A stretch of 61,466 bases of DNA, filler included, from Sphacelaria rigidula (lineage: Eukaryota): assembly GCA_964200075.2 (NCBI GenBank). It is 7 parts of 7 records of this genome, joined end to end, with 100 filler letters (N's around TTAATTAATTAA, not from the genome) between each part and the next. Parts side by side here need not be neighbours in the genome. Positions count along the whole stretch, not along the records: positions 17,592 to 26,286 come from CAXNAA020010352.1; positions 26,387 to 35,081 come from CAXNAA020010353.1; positions 35,182 to 43,876 come from CAXNAA020010354.1; 4 more parts are not named here. One strand, given 5' to 3'. Position 1 is the first letter of the stretch. Each line of letters begins with the position of its first letter. The notes below the pieces were generated by a model that saw only the letters and a program-made list of their open reading frames with translations, was not told where the DNA came from and searched no databases. Positions 25,381 through 37,333 of this stretch are shown piece by piece. The translations under genes were made by a program, and so were the position numbers.

Positions 25381-26286
25381 CTGGTCGGAATTCCGGGTGG
25401 ACGCACGTAATAGCCGACCGTCATGTGACAGAGACCCGCCCTACGAGCGGCGGCTGAGTCCTCTGCCACTGACGCAGAGGCACCACGGCCTGAACGGGAA
25501 ATAGGTTCTCCGTTCGCGAAACCAAAATTAGCCGTGTAGGCGATGGGCGAGCGCTCGATTGCGTCCGCATTTCGAACAGCACCACCTACATTTGAATCAT
25601 ATACCCCCCTCCCGACGGGAGAAGAGTCGGCCACGACCGCGGCCGTCACAGACTGGACCAGAGACGCAAACCTCCTGTGAGGCATTCCACGAGCATTTCG
25701 ACAAGACCCGCGCGCCCGGGATCAGAGGCCGAGGGGTGCGCTACCGCGCACCCCCAAATATTCTGGGTCAGCAAGATCCCCAACAGACGCCGCCGCTACA
25801 TCTACAGGCGGGCGCTGTTCAATCCCAAGCGTCTCGATATGAAACTGAGAGCGACTTGGGTCCCGATCTAGCGAAACAGTCTCAACTGCAAGATCGCTAG
25901 AATGTGAGTCAACTGATGCTGCGTCTGCAACACGGCGCGACGGGACAACGGCCGTCGCCCTAGAACCAGGCGCAGAACAATCAGTTCGTCCCAGGGAGTG
26001 GGAACGAGTCCGAGAGGCAACACTACCACCAGAGGTGTCAGTACCAGCAACAGCACACGTGAAAACAGAAATATCCCCACCTGGAGCCGACATCGCAGAG
26101 CAATCCAGCACCGCCGCGCAGACCGAACACGTCGGCGCCAAATGTCGGAACCACAACTTGCTTGTGGTGTTCTCGTAGGTTCACAGGCTGGGGTGTTCAG
26201 AGTCCTCGCTTGTGGTGCGGCTTGCTGATCGTGGTCAAAGGTGTCGAGCTGGTGTCCCAAAACGATGTTAGCTGGTTGAGGTTTTA

Positions 26287-26386
26287 NNNNNNNNNNNNNN
26301 NNNNNNNNNNNNNNNNNNNNNNNNNNNNNNTTAATTAATTAANNNNNNNNNNNNNNNNNNNNNNNNNNNNNNNNNNNNNNNNNNNN
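26287..26386. other. Artificial contig spacer
   Basis: 44N-TTAATTAATTAA-44N. Confidence 0.99.
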
Positions 26387-29300
26387 GTTTTAGGCTTGAA
26401 CCCCATCTCGGAGTTAAACCTCAATTCGCACAATTTGTTGTTGGTACTTGCTCCCTTGCTCGCGTTTGCCGATCTTTTAACTGTCGCATTTCTCGCATTT
26501 GCCGAGGCGCCTTCTGGTCGTCTCATGAGCCCCCACCTACAGACAGCGCTACAATGGGCAATTATTCGATATTTAGCAAACGTCATACTTTTGTACACGC
26601 AACCAGCCATATACAACACACGGTCACACCACCAACACCGCTAACACCACTAACACCAACACCACCACCACCACCACAATACAGTAGAATAACCCAGCTC
26701 TCGGTTTTCGAGGTCAAACACTGCAAACGCACCCCCTCCCGTTCCCTAATTCTAAGTCAGATATACCGTTTGGTACATGTTCATGCTGTCGGACAACCAT
26801 GACATGGAAAACTGCTGATGCAATCCTAATGAGCATCTACACTGCAATAACCGCTGCAACTACCTCATGTGGACACTTAGTATTCAGGCCACCCGCCTCT
26901 GTGCATTTAGCACATATATCATGGCTTACTACCAAGTAGGTCATGTCAGAAGCCTACCCCATCTCTTTTCTCTCCTTGAAAGGTGTACTCGGAATGCCAT
27001 CTGCAAGTTGGAACAGCCCCCAACCCATCTCCAACCAACCCTGCCCCCCTCCCCGTTGTTCCGAGGATTTTCCATGAAACCCTACGAACCACGAGACTAC
27101 ATCGACCACCTGCACTAGCTCTGCCGCTATACCTGCACACCATGTAACGGAATTGTGTGCTACAAAACGTGATAGGAGACAGTACCCCCCCCCCCCTCCT
27201 CCCGTCGCTCACGGCCCCTCACGTACGTACCCAACGACGAGTTTTCCTCTGGAGAAGGACAGACACCCTGATTTGCCCGAGGATCCTATATATCGAAGGG
27301 TGTCGACAGGAGATCTTGCCAGCCGCAGATGCCAGGACTTCCGGTGGCATGGCAGCAAAGCGGTGCGGCCGCAAAGCAGCACCGTGGGAACAAAGCCTTA
27401 GGACGAGTTACGAGCCATACTTTCCAGCAACATCTTGACACATATCCGAATGTGCTCTGTGTTTGGGTAAGTGGACGAGAGGAAGGGGTGGTGTATTCCA
27501 TATCACTAAACGGATTCTACATTACTATGGCCGGGAAAAAGTTTCAATGCTTTGGCCGGGAAGGGCTGTCGGGGCCCATCGTGTCTCGTCTCCGGCTTCG
27601 GCCTCTGCTCCTGAGCTCCGCCTTACTCTTTTTTGGCTTCCTCGATCCGTTCCCCCTTCTCTTGTTGCTCTCATCTTGACCTATGCGGGCGGCCTCGACA
27701 AGCTTCTCTAAATCACCATTTCTGCCCTTTCCCCGCGCAACTGCTGTCGGCTTCGGCGGTCCGCTCGCCGCGAGGGTCATCGAAGCGCCCTGCGGAATGA
27801 GAAGCGCCCAAACGTGGAGTGGGAAACCAAGAAAGGACAATCGGTACATATGTATTCTACGTATAGCTTCAAGCTGCCATGCATGGTGCAGGGAAGGGGA
27901 GGGTCGTGGTTATGCATGCCGTAGTCATTTAGACCGTTGACCCCGCATCCCTACAAAGTCGTGACGGGGCACGCCGGCTTTCGCCGGACCGGGCTTGCGA
28001 TCAATCACCAAGTGCGAAGCGCCGTGATGTGTTTGACGAGTCGTATGAGGGTGAACTGCATCCTTTCAAGACTGTTTGGCCCGACGCGAGATAATTATCT
28101 TGCGAATGAATGACAGACTCGAATGAGTTCCTTTATTTTTGGTATCACCGATTCCCGAGACAGCCACGGGATTGACTGCCTCGTGGGTCGACATGAAACG
28201 ACAACGTCGTGCGATCTTCCTATTTGCGCGAAGTTGGGGTTCAATCCCCCGCATGATATGATATATTACAAACATAACTTGAGCGACAAAACAAGAACCT
28301 GGCTACCTAGATCACGCTGGGAGTGACGTGCCTTACAGCGCCATGGCCGACCGATGCCAAACCTCAAAGGACCGCGGAGTTCGGGAGTACGGGGAATGGG
28401 GGAATTGGGAAGGTGCTGTCCCCGACCTTCAAAGTGAAGTGAGTTATGCCAGCTACAGGGATCGGAACCTTTGTAGGGTGCGTTAGGAACGCATTTATTT
28501 GATTCAGACATTCAAAATAATGGTTCGATAGCTTGACTGTGTAGTGTTCAAGCAATCTACCTTCACGCTACAAGTTTCCCAACTGTAGCAGAATTTGTTC
28601 GGCATTTCTCCGCGGTGACGGGCTCAAGGAGATTGTATTTCAAAGGCTCACCAAGCCATGCTAGCGGTCACATCGCGCCGGATTCATTCTGCGATAAAAC
28701 CTTTGGTATTGAAAGTATTTGCAGTATACCCGAAGAGGCTGATCTTGTACAAGTCAGCTGTGAAATCCGAGCGGCGCAAGCTAGCGGCTCCTCGGACACA
28801 AAATCAGTGCTCTAGTATGAAACAAGCGCTATTGGGTAGCATGATCCCTTTGCTATTCCAGGGCATATTAACCACGAGACTTAGCTTCCATGCATGCAAG
28901 AGCCGATCAGGTTCCACGCATGAAAACACAGCTTGCGCGGCAAACGCCCGCACTGCGGGTTATGACTTGTGCACATATCATGATGAAACGTCACCATGTT
29001 TATACTACCCCCGGGAGGAACAAATACGGGTTCCAGCTTCCCCGTGGCAACCAGTACAGTATGTATATGTGCCGCATTGATGCTCCTCGACGGTACCGCA
29101 GTTTATTTGGACGTATTACTTGGTAAGTTGATGGTGGCATATTGACTGATCCGCTACGAATTCAGCCGCGATCGCGGATGGAATTCTACTTAAAGTAAAT
29201 AGCGGAAACACCTGCTGATGCTGAAGAGAACACGAGAGGAAAGTAGGAAAGGACGAGGGAGGGGAACACACAGTAAAGAGGCCGAGCAAAGCTAGAGAGG

Positions 29301-29490
29301 AAGCGACAGAAGACAGAAAAATCTCTAAGCTAGAGTCTAGTACCGGTCCCGAGAAAATACCCCGACAGGTCTGTGCCAGTGCTTTGAGAAGGAGGTCATG
29401 TTATGGAATCAGGTTGCGACTCAGCTACTACATTGTAGTCCACCTTCTATGTACTCAAACAAAAGAACACTCAAAGTATGACGACCGTAC

Positions 29491-31414
29491 TTCAAGCGAA
29501 CTGGAAAAACAAGTCGTTACCAGAGGAGAGTCGGCTTCATATTCCCTGCAGACAAACTGTGAACCCGTTCCACGGAACGGCCAGGGGTGAGTCGAGAGCG
29601 AGATAGCTGTTAGTACAAACAACGGACAAACGCTGTTGTAGTTCCACGGATGGAATAGTACGCTCACACCGTTAGGTCGGGAAACAGCCGGAGCGATTTC
29701 CGCTAAAGGCGTCTAGTTTTGTTTTTCTTCACAAAAGTATCCCATTCCCGTCCGTCTTTGAAAACATCAGCGGCAAGACGAATCGATTTGAGGTAGCTGG
29801 TCCGACAGTGGACGCAGTGCAGGAGTGCTGATCCCACCCGCGACACCCAGACATAGAGCGTGTACCGGGGTAGATAGAGATGGGCTGATGCCGTCACACC
29901 ATATACTCGTCCCGAGGAAAACAAGAGGGGGGCGTTGAAGGCGAAACGAAAGCAACGAAGACCTGAGACGTTACAGAGTTCCTTCATTGTATTGCTGTGA
30001 TCATATTCATCTCGACTTGATCTGGAGACGGTGTTTGTCGTGATGGGCGGCGGACGACGGCGAGGTGTGGGAAACCGATCGCCTGCGCTGCCATTACAAG
30101 TATATGGCCAATACGGTGCGAGGATACGGCTCAGCTCGTTCCTCAAAGGCTGCGGGAACCATATCAAAGGTAAAGCTAGGCACAACGTTCTGCAGGACTA
30201 TTTTGGAGGCGTTACCTGAAACGCGGTGTCGTGGTGCTCCTCCACGGCGCCGGGTGCAGAGAGAGACGCATATGCCGTGGCGGTGGTGACTGGGGCCTCG
30301 AGTCGGACCTCGCAGTCGTCCTCCTCTTCATGTCCTTCCGAGATGGGCTCGAGGGCTTTGGTTGTGTCGGTAAATACGATGAACATTGCTCGCCTTCTTG
30401 GGACCTTTGGCAGCAGTGGCATTAGCAGGGCATCATAGAAACGGTTCAAACCTAGAGTAGTAGCAAAAGACTGGATATGCCACACACGAAAACAGAAAAA
30501 TGGAAACGAAATCACATGCTCACGCATCTACGGGCCAGTGACTAGAGTCTATCTGCGCCCGGCTGTAAAGAAGTAATAAATATATCGTGATCTATGTTCC
30601 ACTCTGGTACACGATTGTACAGGATATGCATGGCACGTTCACGGAGAGCGGAGCATGGCTTGCGACCGATTCGAGGTTTTTGTGTGCTCGACACTTTCGT
30701 CTGTGCATGCTGTTCTTGCCGTCTTGCTTCACTTGATCAAGGAGTTGGACGGACGGTGAGAGACTGTTATAATGGTTCTGATTCGACCAACGATCTTCGA
30801 CCACCTACCGTGCTGCTCACTGCGAACAGTACAAGATCGGTGCCTACACGCGGAATAGCTGAACGCGAGTAACGGTAATACCGTCCAGATGATTGACTTT
30901 GGCGTCACCCAATTCCCCAGAGATAAATGGCCACTTCATAGCGGTGCTCGCGTGCTGGTGGTGTTGTCACGCTTCACAGATAAACCTGTGGCAATCTGCC
31001 ACCCAAGACCCAGAGAGGATTTTCACCATGCTACTGAGACCTTTCCTGTTTGAACACGGTGCAGTTCCCTTCAGAACCACGACAAGAAGTTGAAACCCGT
31101 CTCCGAAGATATATTCCTTCTATGGAAGCAGGTCCGTTGTGCTGAAGAGCGAATTCGCTTATGCCTTGGGGCGGAGTTGGAGGTGGGGGTGTGGCTAGGT
31201 TTAGCGCTAGGATTTAAGAGCAGCACGTATGTGTCCGTCATGAACTTCAGCGACCGTTCAGGGTAAACGTACCTCAACTTGCCCACCATCCTCTCCTCCG
31301 CGTTCATGAATGCTGCCCGTGCAGCTGACAGATCCTGGTGTGGCCCGGCTGTGGGTATCTTTGTCATCGAACAATGCGCCGTCTCCCATGCAGCACGAAA
31401 CCAGCATGTCGCCC
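29491..31414 (-). pseudogene. Spliced, divergent USP/C19-like cysteine protease pseudogene (5' part missing)
   Basis: Phase-compatible GT-AG exons 31414-31273, 31045-30898, 30470-30216, 30149-29670, 29606-29491. Ordered motifs GATCWF, FISGELGDAKSF, RYTLYVWVSRVGSALLH, DGREWDTF, PTLLW*R. Premature stops at 30967, 29703, 29517. Family call is by eye. Confidence 0.55.
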
Positions 31415-31629
31415 CTGGATAAAGCAAAACGAACAAAAATAATGCGAACACTATACACATAAGGGACGCGGAACGGTCAACAGTATAGGATTGCATATTA
31501 CGACAGCGAGAAAGTACGAAAACAGCATCGAGTTGTGACATGTTGATGAAGCGGTGCACAAAACATACGATCAAAATGCTGTTACTGGAGTAAGGGGTGG
31601 GGTGGGGTGGGTATGGGATTTGTTTTCAG

Positions 31630-34300
31630 GCGAAAGCACTTGTTCGTGAGGGCTCTTCATTGGTGGTACGGGATAATGTTCTTTGACATACCCATCGAGA
31701 CAGAGAGAAACACACCACCCGCCCTCACGTCTTGCAGTCCACGGGCAGGGCTCGTTGTACGCACTAGGGACCTTCAAGGAGAAAGTACCCGCTTGGAGCG
31801 TTCGTTTGATAAGAGTATATGGTATTAGAGAGTTTTGGAAAACCGTTCTTTCTATCATTTCAGGGTGAACACAGCTTAGGACCATAATTCAGAAAAGTAG
31901 CACTTCATCGAAAAAAAGTTGAGGGAATACCACATTTGATGGAGGGGGGAATACGTTGTCGTTACACTCTGATCCTGAGATATTTGCACTCCGAAATGAC
32001 AAGAAAGCGTTTTCCAAAACTATCTAGTATAATGCAGGAGTAGGAAGCTCAGATGAGAAATTCGAAAATATTTACGAGTGAAACTTATGCGTACAGAGAC
32101 TAACATCCACCCCCCTGGTCACTGATGGTGAGACATCCATGAGGCAGTGTGTAAGCCGTGGCTGTCTCTGGAAGTGGCGATGCCAGAAAAGAAAGCAACT
32201 CATTGGAGGCTGTCATCCAAACGCGAGGTAATCAGTATGCTCCGAGCCGAAGAATCTTAGGAGAATGTAGCTCGCCCTTCATGCGACTCGCCGAACACAC
32301 CACGGCGCTTTGCGCTTGGTGATTGATTGCGAGCGTGGTCCGGCGAAAGTCCGGCGTGCTCCGTCCGGGTTTTGTAGGGATGCGAGGTCAAGGGTTGTAT
32401 GGCTATGGCATGCAAGATCATGAGTACACCCCCCCCGGCCACTGGCTGGATCGTGACACTATACAATCGAAGGGGGAAGACGAGATGTCCGTGACATTGC
32501 TCCTTAGCTCGTCAAACGGGAGCGGGGTGACGTGTCCCGTCTTCTGTGGGAGGTGGGGCTCATGGTCTTGCTCTCTGGCCGTACATTAGAAATTCCCTCA
32601 CGTCGACGACTAATTTCAGAAGCTTAGAAACCATTCTGAGCAATGCTACTGTAGGGGTACACTTTTCCCGCGAAATACTGTCTAGTTCAGGGGCTCCTAA
32701 CGATTCTAGATGCACAAGGATATGGGCCAGGGCATCCCCGTTTGCAAACTCATTCGGGATATCCCCAGCACAATGGAGTAGTAATCCTGACGTACTCTCA
32801 CACATTTTCATAAGTAGTGTTTTCAAGAGATCAAGGGCTCTTAACAATTCTAACCTCAGAAAATATCTGTGCACCCCTACCGTAGCGTCACTCTTTTCTC
32901 TCGATAGTTCAGCGAAAAGGGTGGCACCTGAAAACATACATCATGCTCACGGCAGAGTCATCCCTGAGTTTCCATATATGGATGTTGTATGCTTTACAGA
33001 GGCTGGCGGCCCTGTGGGAGAACCCTAACGCCGACGTCGATCAAAGCAAAACAATCGCCCTTCTCGCCGTTTCCGGGGTAGACACTTTTAGAGGGAAAGT
33101 CCTCTCTCGCTTGTGGCCTCCTACGATTCAGGTAAGTCTTTTACCAGCAGCTCCGTCTACATAAAGAGCCGTTTGGCGGATCAAAGCTTAGAGACTAATA
33201 CCTTCACTCCCACCGACCTATTTTCTGACTTGGAAACTTCCAGGAAATACACATGATTGATTTATCAAGCTTTCTCCGAGCGTCTGAGAAATCGACCCCC
33301 TTTCAACAAGGACTCCCCACCACCGCATGACCCCTGACCTTTTAGCCTACGACCCTGCCCTGAGGTGTACGAGATTGATTTTTTCGTGCACCCCTGCCCC
33401 CCCCCCCCCCCATCATACCGCGGTATGACTCTGTGTATATATGTATTCATCTGGCAACATGCTTCTCCGACCCGTCTGTCAGCATCAAGATATATATTCC
33501 CATGGATAATAACAAAGGAAAACGTAGTTATGGTACTCGACCGATCAATGTCGCCCAAATGACGATCAAGCTTCATTGGGCAGTTTCCGCAACGACCACT
33601 CAAGAAATTGAGTCAGCATACTGCTCTTTTGTTGGGCCAATTATACGGTGTGCCACTGATGTCGAAGTACAAACACTGCGAAAGCGTAGGCCGAGGGCAT
33701 TTTACCAGCGTATTTCGCAGCAGTCAGAGATACTAGGCACCGCACACCACTTGCAAAGCATAACAGCACGTACCCACGAATATGGCTCGGAAAATGTACG
33801 TACAGTCGCCTTCGTTCAAGGTAGGTCAGCGGTTCTACTGCACCAATATCCACACAAACGCTCAACATCCACTTGTTCATCTTCACACGCGCGCTGAGAC
33901 ATTGAGAAGAACAGTAGGTTTCGGAGCGAGGTCGACCATGGGCGATTTGAGGCGGCCGGACGGGAGGTCAGGACCAAATGCTGAAAAGATGCGAAATCAA
34001 AGTGTACCGATGATTTTTCACGATATCGTTCGTTGCGGGGTTTTGTACGTTGGGTTAGTTTTCGGGTCAATACCGTTCAAACTGGAGATGGACAGCGGGG
34101 ACTTTCGAAAACTGTACTTTTTAGTAGGTTGAAATGTGGTTGTACGGTGGAGTAGATGGTCAGCAACATTGCGTATTCGTATACTAATCCGACTGTGTCC
34201 GTGCTTGCTCAGACCAGGTTTTGGCACGTGGCACACAATCCCACGACGTGTATACAGGCAACTCCGCCGTGCTTAGTTTTTTTCCAAGGCTCGCGCGTTG
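31630..34300 (+). pseudogene. Spliced Mutator (MULE)-like transposase remnant
   Basis: Exon-like pieces at 31630 (A..V...V....HTH), 32323-32589 (WLDRDT...LLLSSSNGSGVTCPVF), 32908-33131 (LTAESSLSFHIWMLYAL...D...LSRLWP), 33483 (HQDIYSH) and 34258 (NSAVLSFF), in the order of MULE Zn-finger/D/D/(C/D)xxH/E blocks. Heavily decayed. Confidence 0.45.
32638..32893 (-). mobile_element. Sola2-like MITE, copy 4, inverted orientation
   Basis: GAG...CTC, reverse complement of 16652-16910. TSD ttct/tttt. Confidence 0.9.
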
Positions 34301-34494
34301 GCGGCTAGTACAACCACCCCGTGGCAGCTTCCAATAACCCGTACATGCAGCTGACTGATGCCCACAATTTCTTTTATGGGAACAGAGACAGCATCATCCC
34401 CAATTCGACTTGGTCTTATTCTACCCCCGTGTGGTATGTTTCGCACACCTACGGCGCACGGTGAGCATGATGGCGACGATGGGGTCAGCACTAT

Positions 34495-34663
34495 GAGGTA
34501 TGGTACGGTAGGGTTGAGGTTGGCATCGTTAGGAGCCCTTGATCTCATCCAAAACACGACTTATGAAATGTGTGAGAGTACGCCAGGACTACTACCCCAA
34601 TGTGTTAGGGATATCCGGGATGAGTTTGCAAACGGAGGTGCTCTGACTCATATTCCTGTGCAT
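34495..34663 (+). mobile_element. Sola2-like MITE, copy 5, truncated
   Basis: gaggtatggtacggtagggt...aggagcccttgatctcatccaaaacacgacttatgaaat. Right TIR absent. Confidence 0.8.
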
Positions 34664-35081
34664 GACACTTTCTATGATAGCCCCCCCCCCAAACCTGCTA
34701 ACAGCCTGGTCCGGCAAGAACCGGGCGTGCTCAGCCCCGGCTTTGTAGGGGCGGCCCCCCATGGGGTTGGCGTCGGTTGGCGATGACGCTATAAAACACG
34801 CCACTCACTCCGGGAGCTAGGCAACCAGCTTACCGTTCTTTTTGTGCTCTAGCGTTTTGTTTTTGCGGTAACCATGATGGTAGTCGAGCTAGATCATGAT
34901 GTGCGGCGTGAGAGAACCTCAAATCCGCACAATGCGGATGGTTATACCACGTAGTGTTGAAATGGTGATGCACTCATGAGGCAGTGTAAAAGCTGTGGCT
35001 GTCTCAGGAAGTGGCGATACCACAGAGTAAAGCAACCTATTGGAGGCTGTCATCCAAATGCAAGTTAATCGGTAGACTTTG

Positions 35082-35181
35082 NNNNNNNNNNNNNNNNNNN
35101 NNNNNNNNNNNNNNNNNNNNNNNNNTTAATTAATTAANNNNNNNNNNNNNNNNNNNNNNNNNNNNNNNNNNNNNNNNNNNN
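35082..35181. other. Artificial contig spacer
   Basis: 44N-TTAATTAATTAA-44N. Confidence 0.99.
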
Positions 35182-36975
35182 TTTCAAAATCCCCTTTCTG
35201 AAAAACGACCGGTGATTGGTCGCTGCGGTACCCCCCCCCCCCCCCCCCCAAAACAAAATCCCTTCAACGTGCACAGAAATACCCTCTGGAGAGAGGATTC
35301 CAGGAAGTGCAAAAACACTTGCTGAAATCCCCTCTTGAAAAGGGGATTTCTGTGCATCTCGAAACGGAACATACATGTCCCGTTGACAGGGGCACATGCA
35401 AAGGCTTACCACACAGCCTCACACAATCAGAGCTTAACCTGAGCAACTTGGTGGCCCCGTAAATCAAAAACACACAGCTCAAGCCGTAGCTGCTCATCAG
35501 CTGTGCACGTTATGCGTGACCTTGCTCAATTTGTTCAGAATTCATTGAGAAGTGATTATTTGTGTGAGACGCGCGCGCAGCACACGCTTATAAAACGGTC
35601 AGCAACGACACGTTTTCGGTTGATTTTGACACGCACGCCGCCGCCATTCGTCCAATACAGAACGGATTTCCGTCAAACAAAGACTGCCGTGTGTAGATTA
35701 GCAAGGGCTAGCAGTGAAACTAATGCACGTGAGTAGTGGGTGTCTATCCGTGTTTTTTCGAGGCTGGGTGTGTAGGTGTTGTGTTGTCTTGTTGCGTGAT
35801 GTCTGCAGCATTACGCAGACCTTGGACCTGCTTGGACTAACGACCAGTTCCAGACCCGCCGCACTGGGTTCGAATTTGTACAAAACTGCTTGTCGGTAGG
35901 ACTCGAGACTGGTCGCTATTGGGCTAATCCCCTGTCAAAAGGGGATTGTGAAAACGGGGATTATTTCCTTCGTTAAGAAGAACCCTTATAGACTGGAAAG
36001 AGTCACTGAAGAACGTTCGGGCGGAGGACTTTTCTCAGTGACGTTTTTCAGAAAAGTCAGTTTTCGAAGACCCACCTTAGATCAACTTGTATGGCAGCCA
36101 ATCCCAAGTTTGGCGGGACCCCAACCTGTGCCAAATCGGCGGGACTCAGATTCGCGAAACTCAGATCTATGTGGACCCCTTCATGGCTTGACAAATTGAT
36201 TAAAATTGTTTTGTACACGGACGATCATTTTCGGGGCGGATATGGTATCACAGTGAAGCCGAAGAACAGGCAGGTAATGAATCATCTTTCAAGAGCAGCG
36301 TCGTACCGTGATACTCCAAGGTATAATGCAGTGCAGTACACTCCACAATCACAGTAGTACACGATAAAGCCGTGTGTTAGTACATCATGATCAGTCGGTA
36401 TTTGAGGATAGTGCACAGTGTGCGACAAGAGTTCACGGGTGCAGTGTCATTCAACACCCTGCAAGTACAGCGACAGCAGAGCGTAGGATTGTACAGTACC
36501 GTTCGTAATGATGGTGCTTGAAGCACTGCAGTGTAGCATAAATTATCGCCATAGCCGCAGGGTACTGCATCAACACTTCTTATCCGCTTGTCAAACCCCG
36601 TGCGAAGCTGCTCCAGCAGCTGGCAATGGCTGGCACGGTCTCTGCTGTCACGATACTGTCTGCTGCTGTTGTTGCAAAATATCAAACCCCTGTTGCCCCA
36701 TCACCGTACGTCAACGTACGTACGTCACTTCGTACAGATTCGGAGAACCTCGATTTTCCCCGGATCTGCGCTCAGATGGTTGAAAGTACGACCTATCAGA
36801 TCGGGATTTTTGCTTTCCACCGCACCTTTTCGTTCGAAAACTAAGTGCTGAGACACGCTCTTATAGTCGTATGATAAAATCCAGGCGGTTCGTACACCCA
36901 CGGTCATCATCTAGCCTGCGTGCAGATGGTGGTAATGGTCATCATTTACATTTCGTGCTTGTGCCACCTGCGGTG

Positions 36976-37333
36976 TGTAGTCGTCCCATCTATTCTGGAC
37001 GCCGGTCTACACCCTTCGGTATATGTAGGCGCACCAGCCGGGGTCACACAGGAGGAAGGTCAACACAGGAGTTTTTTCTTTTTTGTTTGTTTTTAGTATA
37101 ATACCTCACCTTCCTTCTGCGGTGCTTGCCTTTCATTTTTTATCGCGAGAGGGGTTCAGCAGTCCGTTTCCCTCGTCGACCGTTAAGTCGAATTTTGTGT
37201 ACCCACGACATAGTCGCTCTCCACTGTTGGACATGGTGTGAGAAAAAATCCCAGATCGCTTTGACATTTGAACCCACGACCCAACCGTCAGAATGTTTCG
37301 AGGTTACCAACTGAGCCACTGGGGCGACCGGTT
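36976..37333 (-). mobile_element. Full-length tRNA-derived SINE
   Basis: A box TGGCTCAGTTGG (37307-37318) and B box GGTTCAAAT (37266-37274) on the minus strand. Perfect 11-bp TSD cacctgcggtg (36965-36975, 37334-37344). Fragments at 6449 and 52772. Confidence 0.92.

Noticed and set aside
31071-31272. MULE-like words (LKFMTD, TCFHRRN) in minus ORF 31071-31574
   Set aside because: They fall after a good donor site (ag|gtacgt), inside the predicted intron of the USP-like gene.
35822-35878. Pol III-like boxes (tggacctgcttgg ... gggttcgaat)
   Set aside because: Weak A box, no cloverleaf, no TSD and no second copy.
37255-37330. Possible tRNA gene
   Set aside because: A and B boxes are present but there is no acceptor stem or cloverleaf, and it lies within TSDs as a SINE head.
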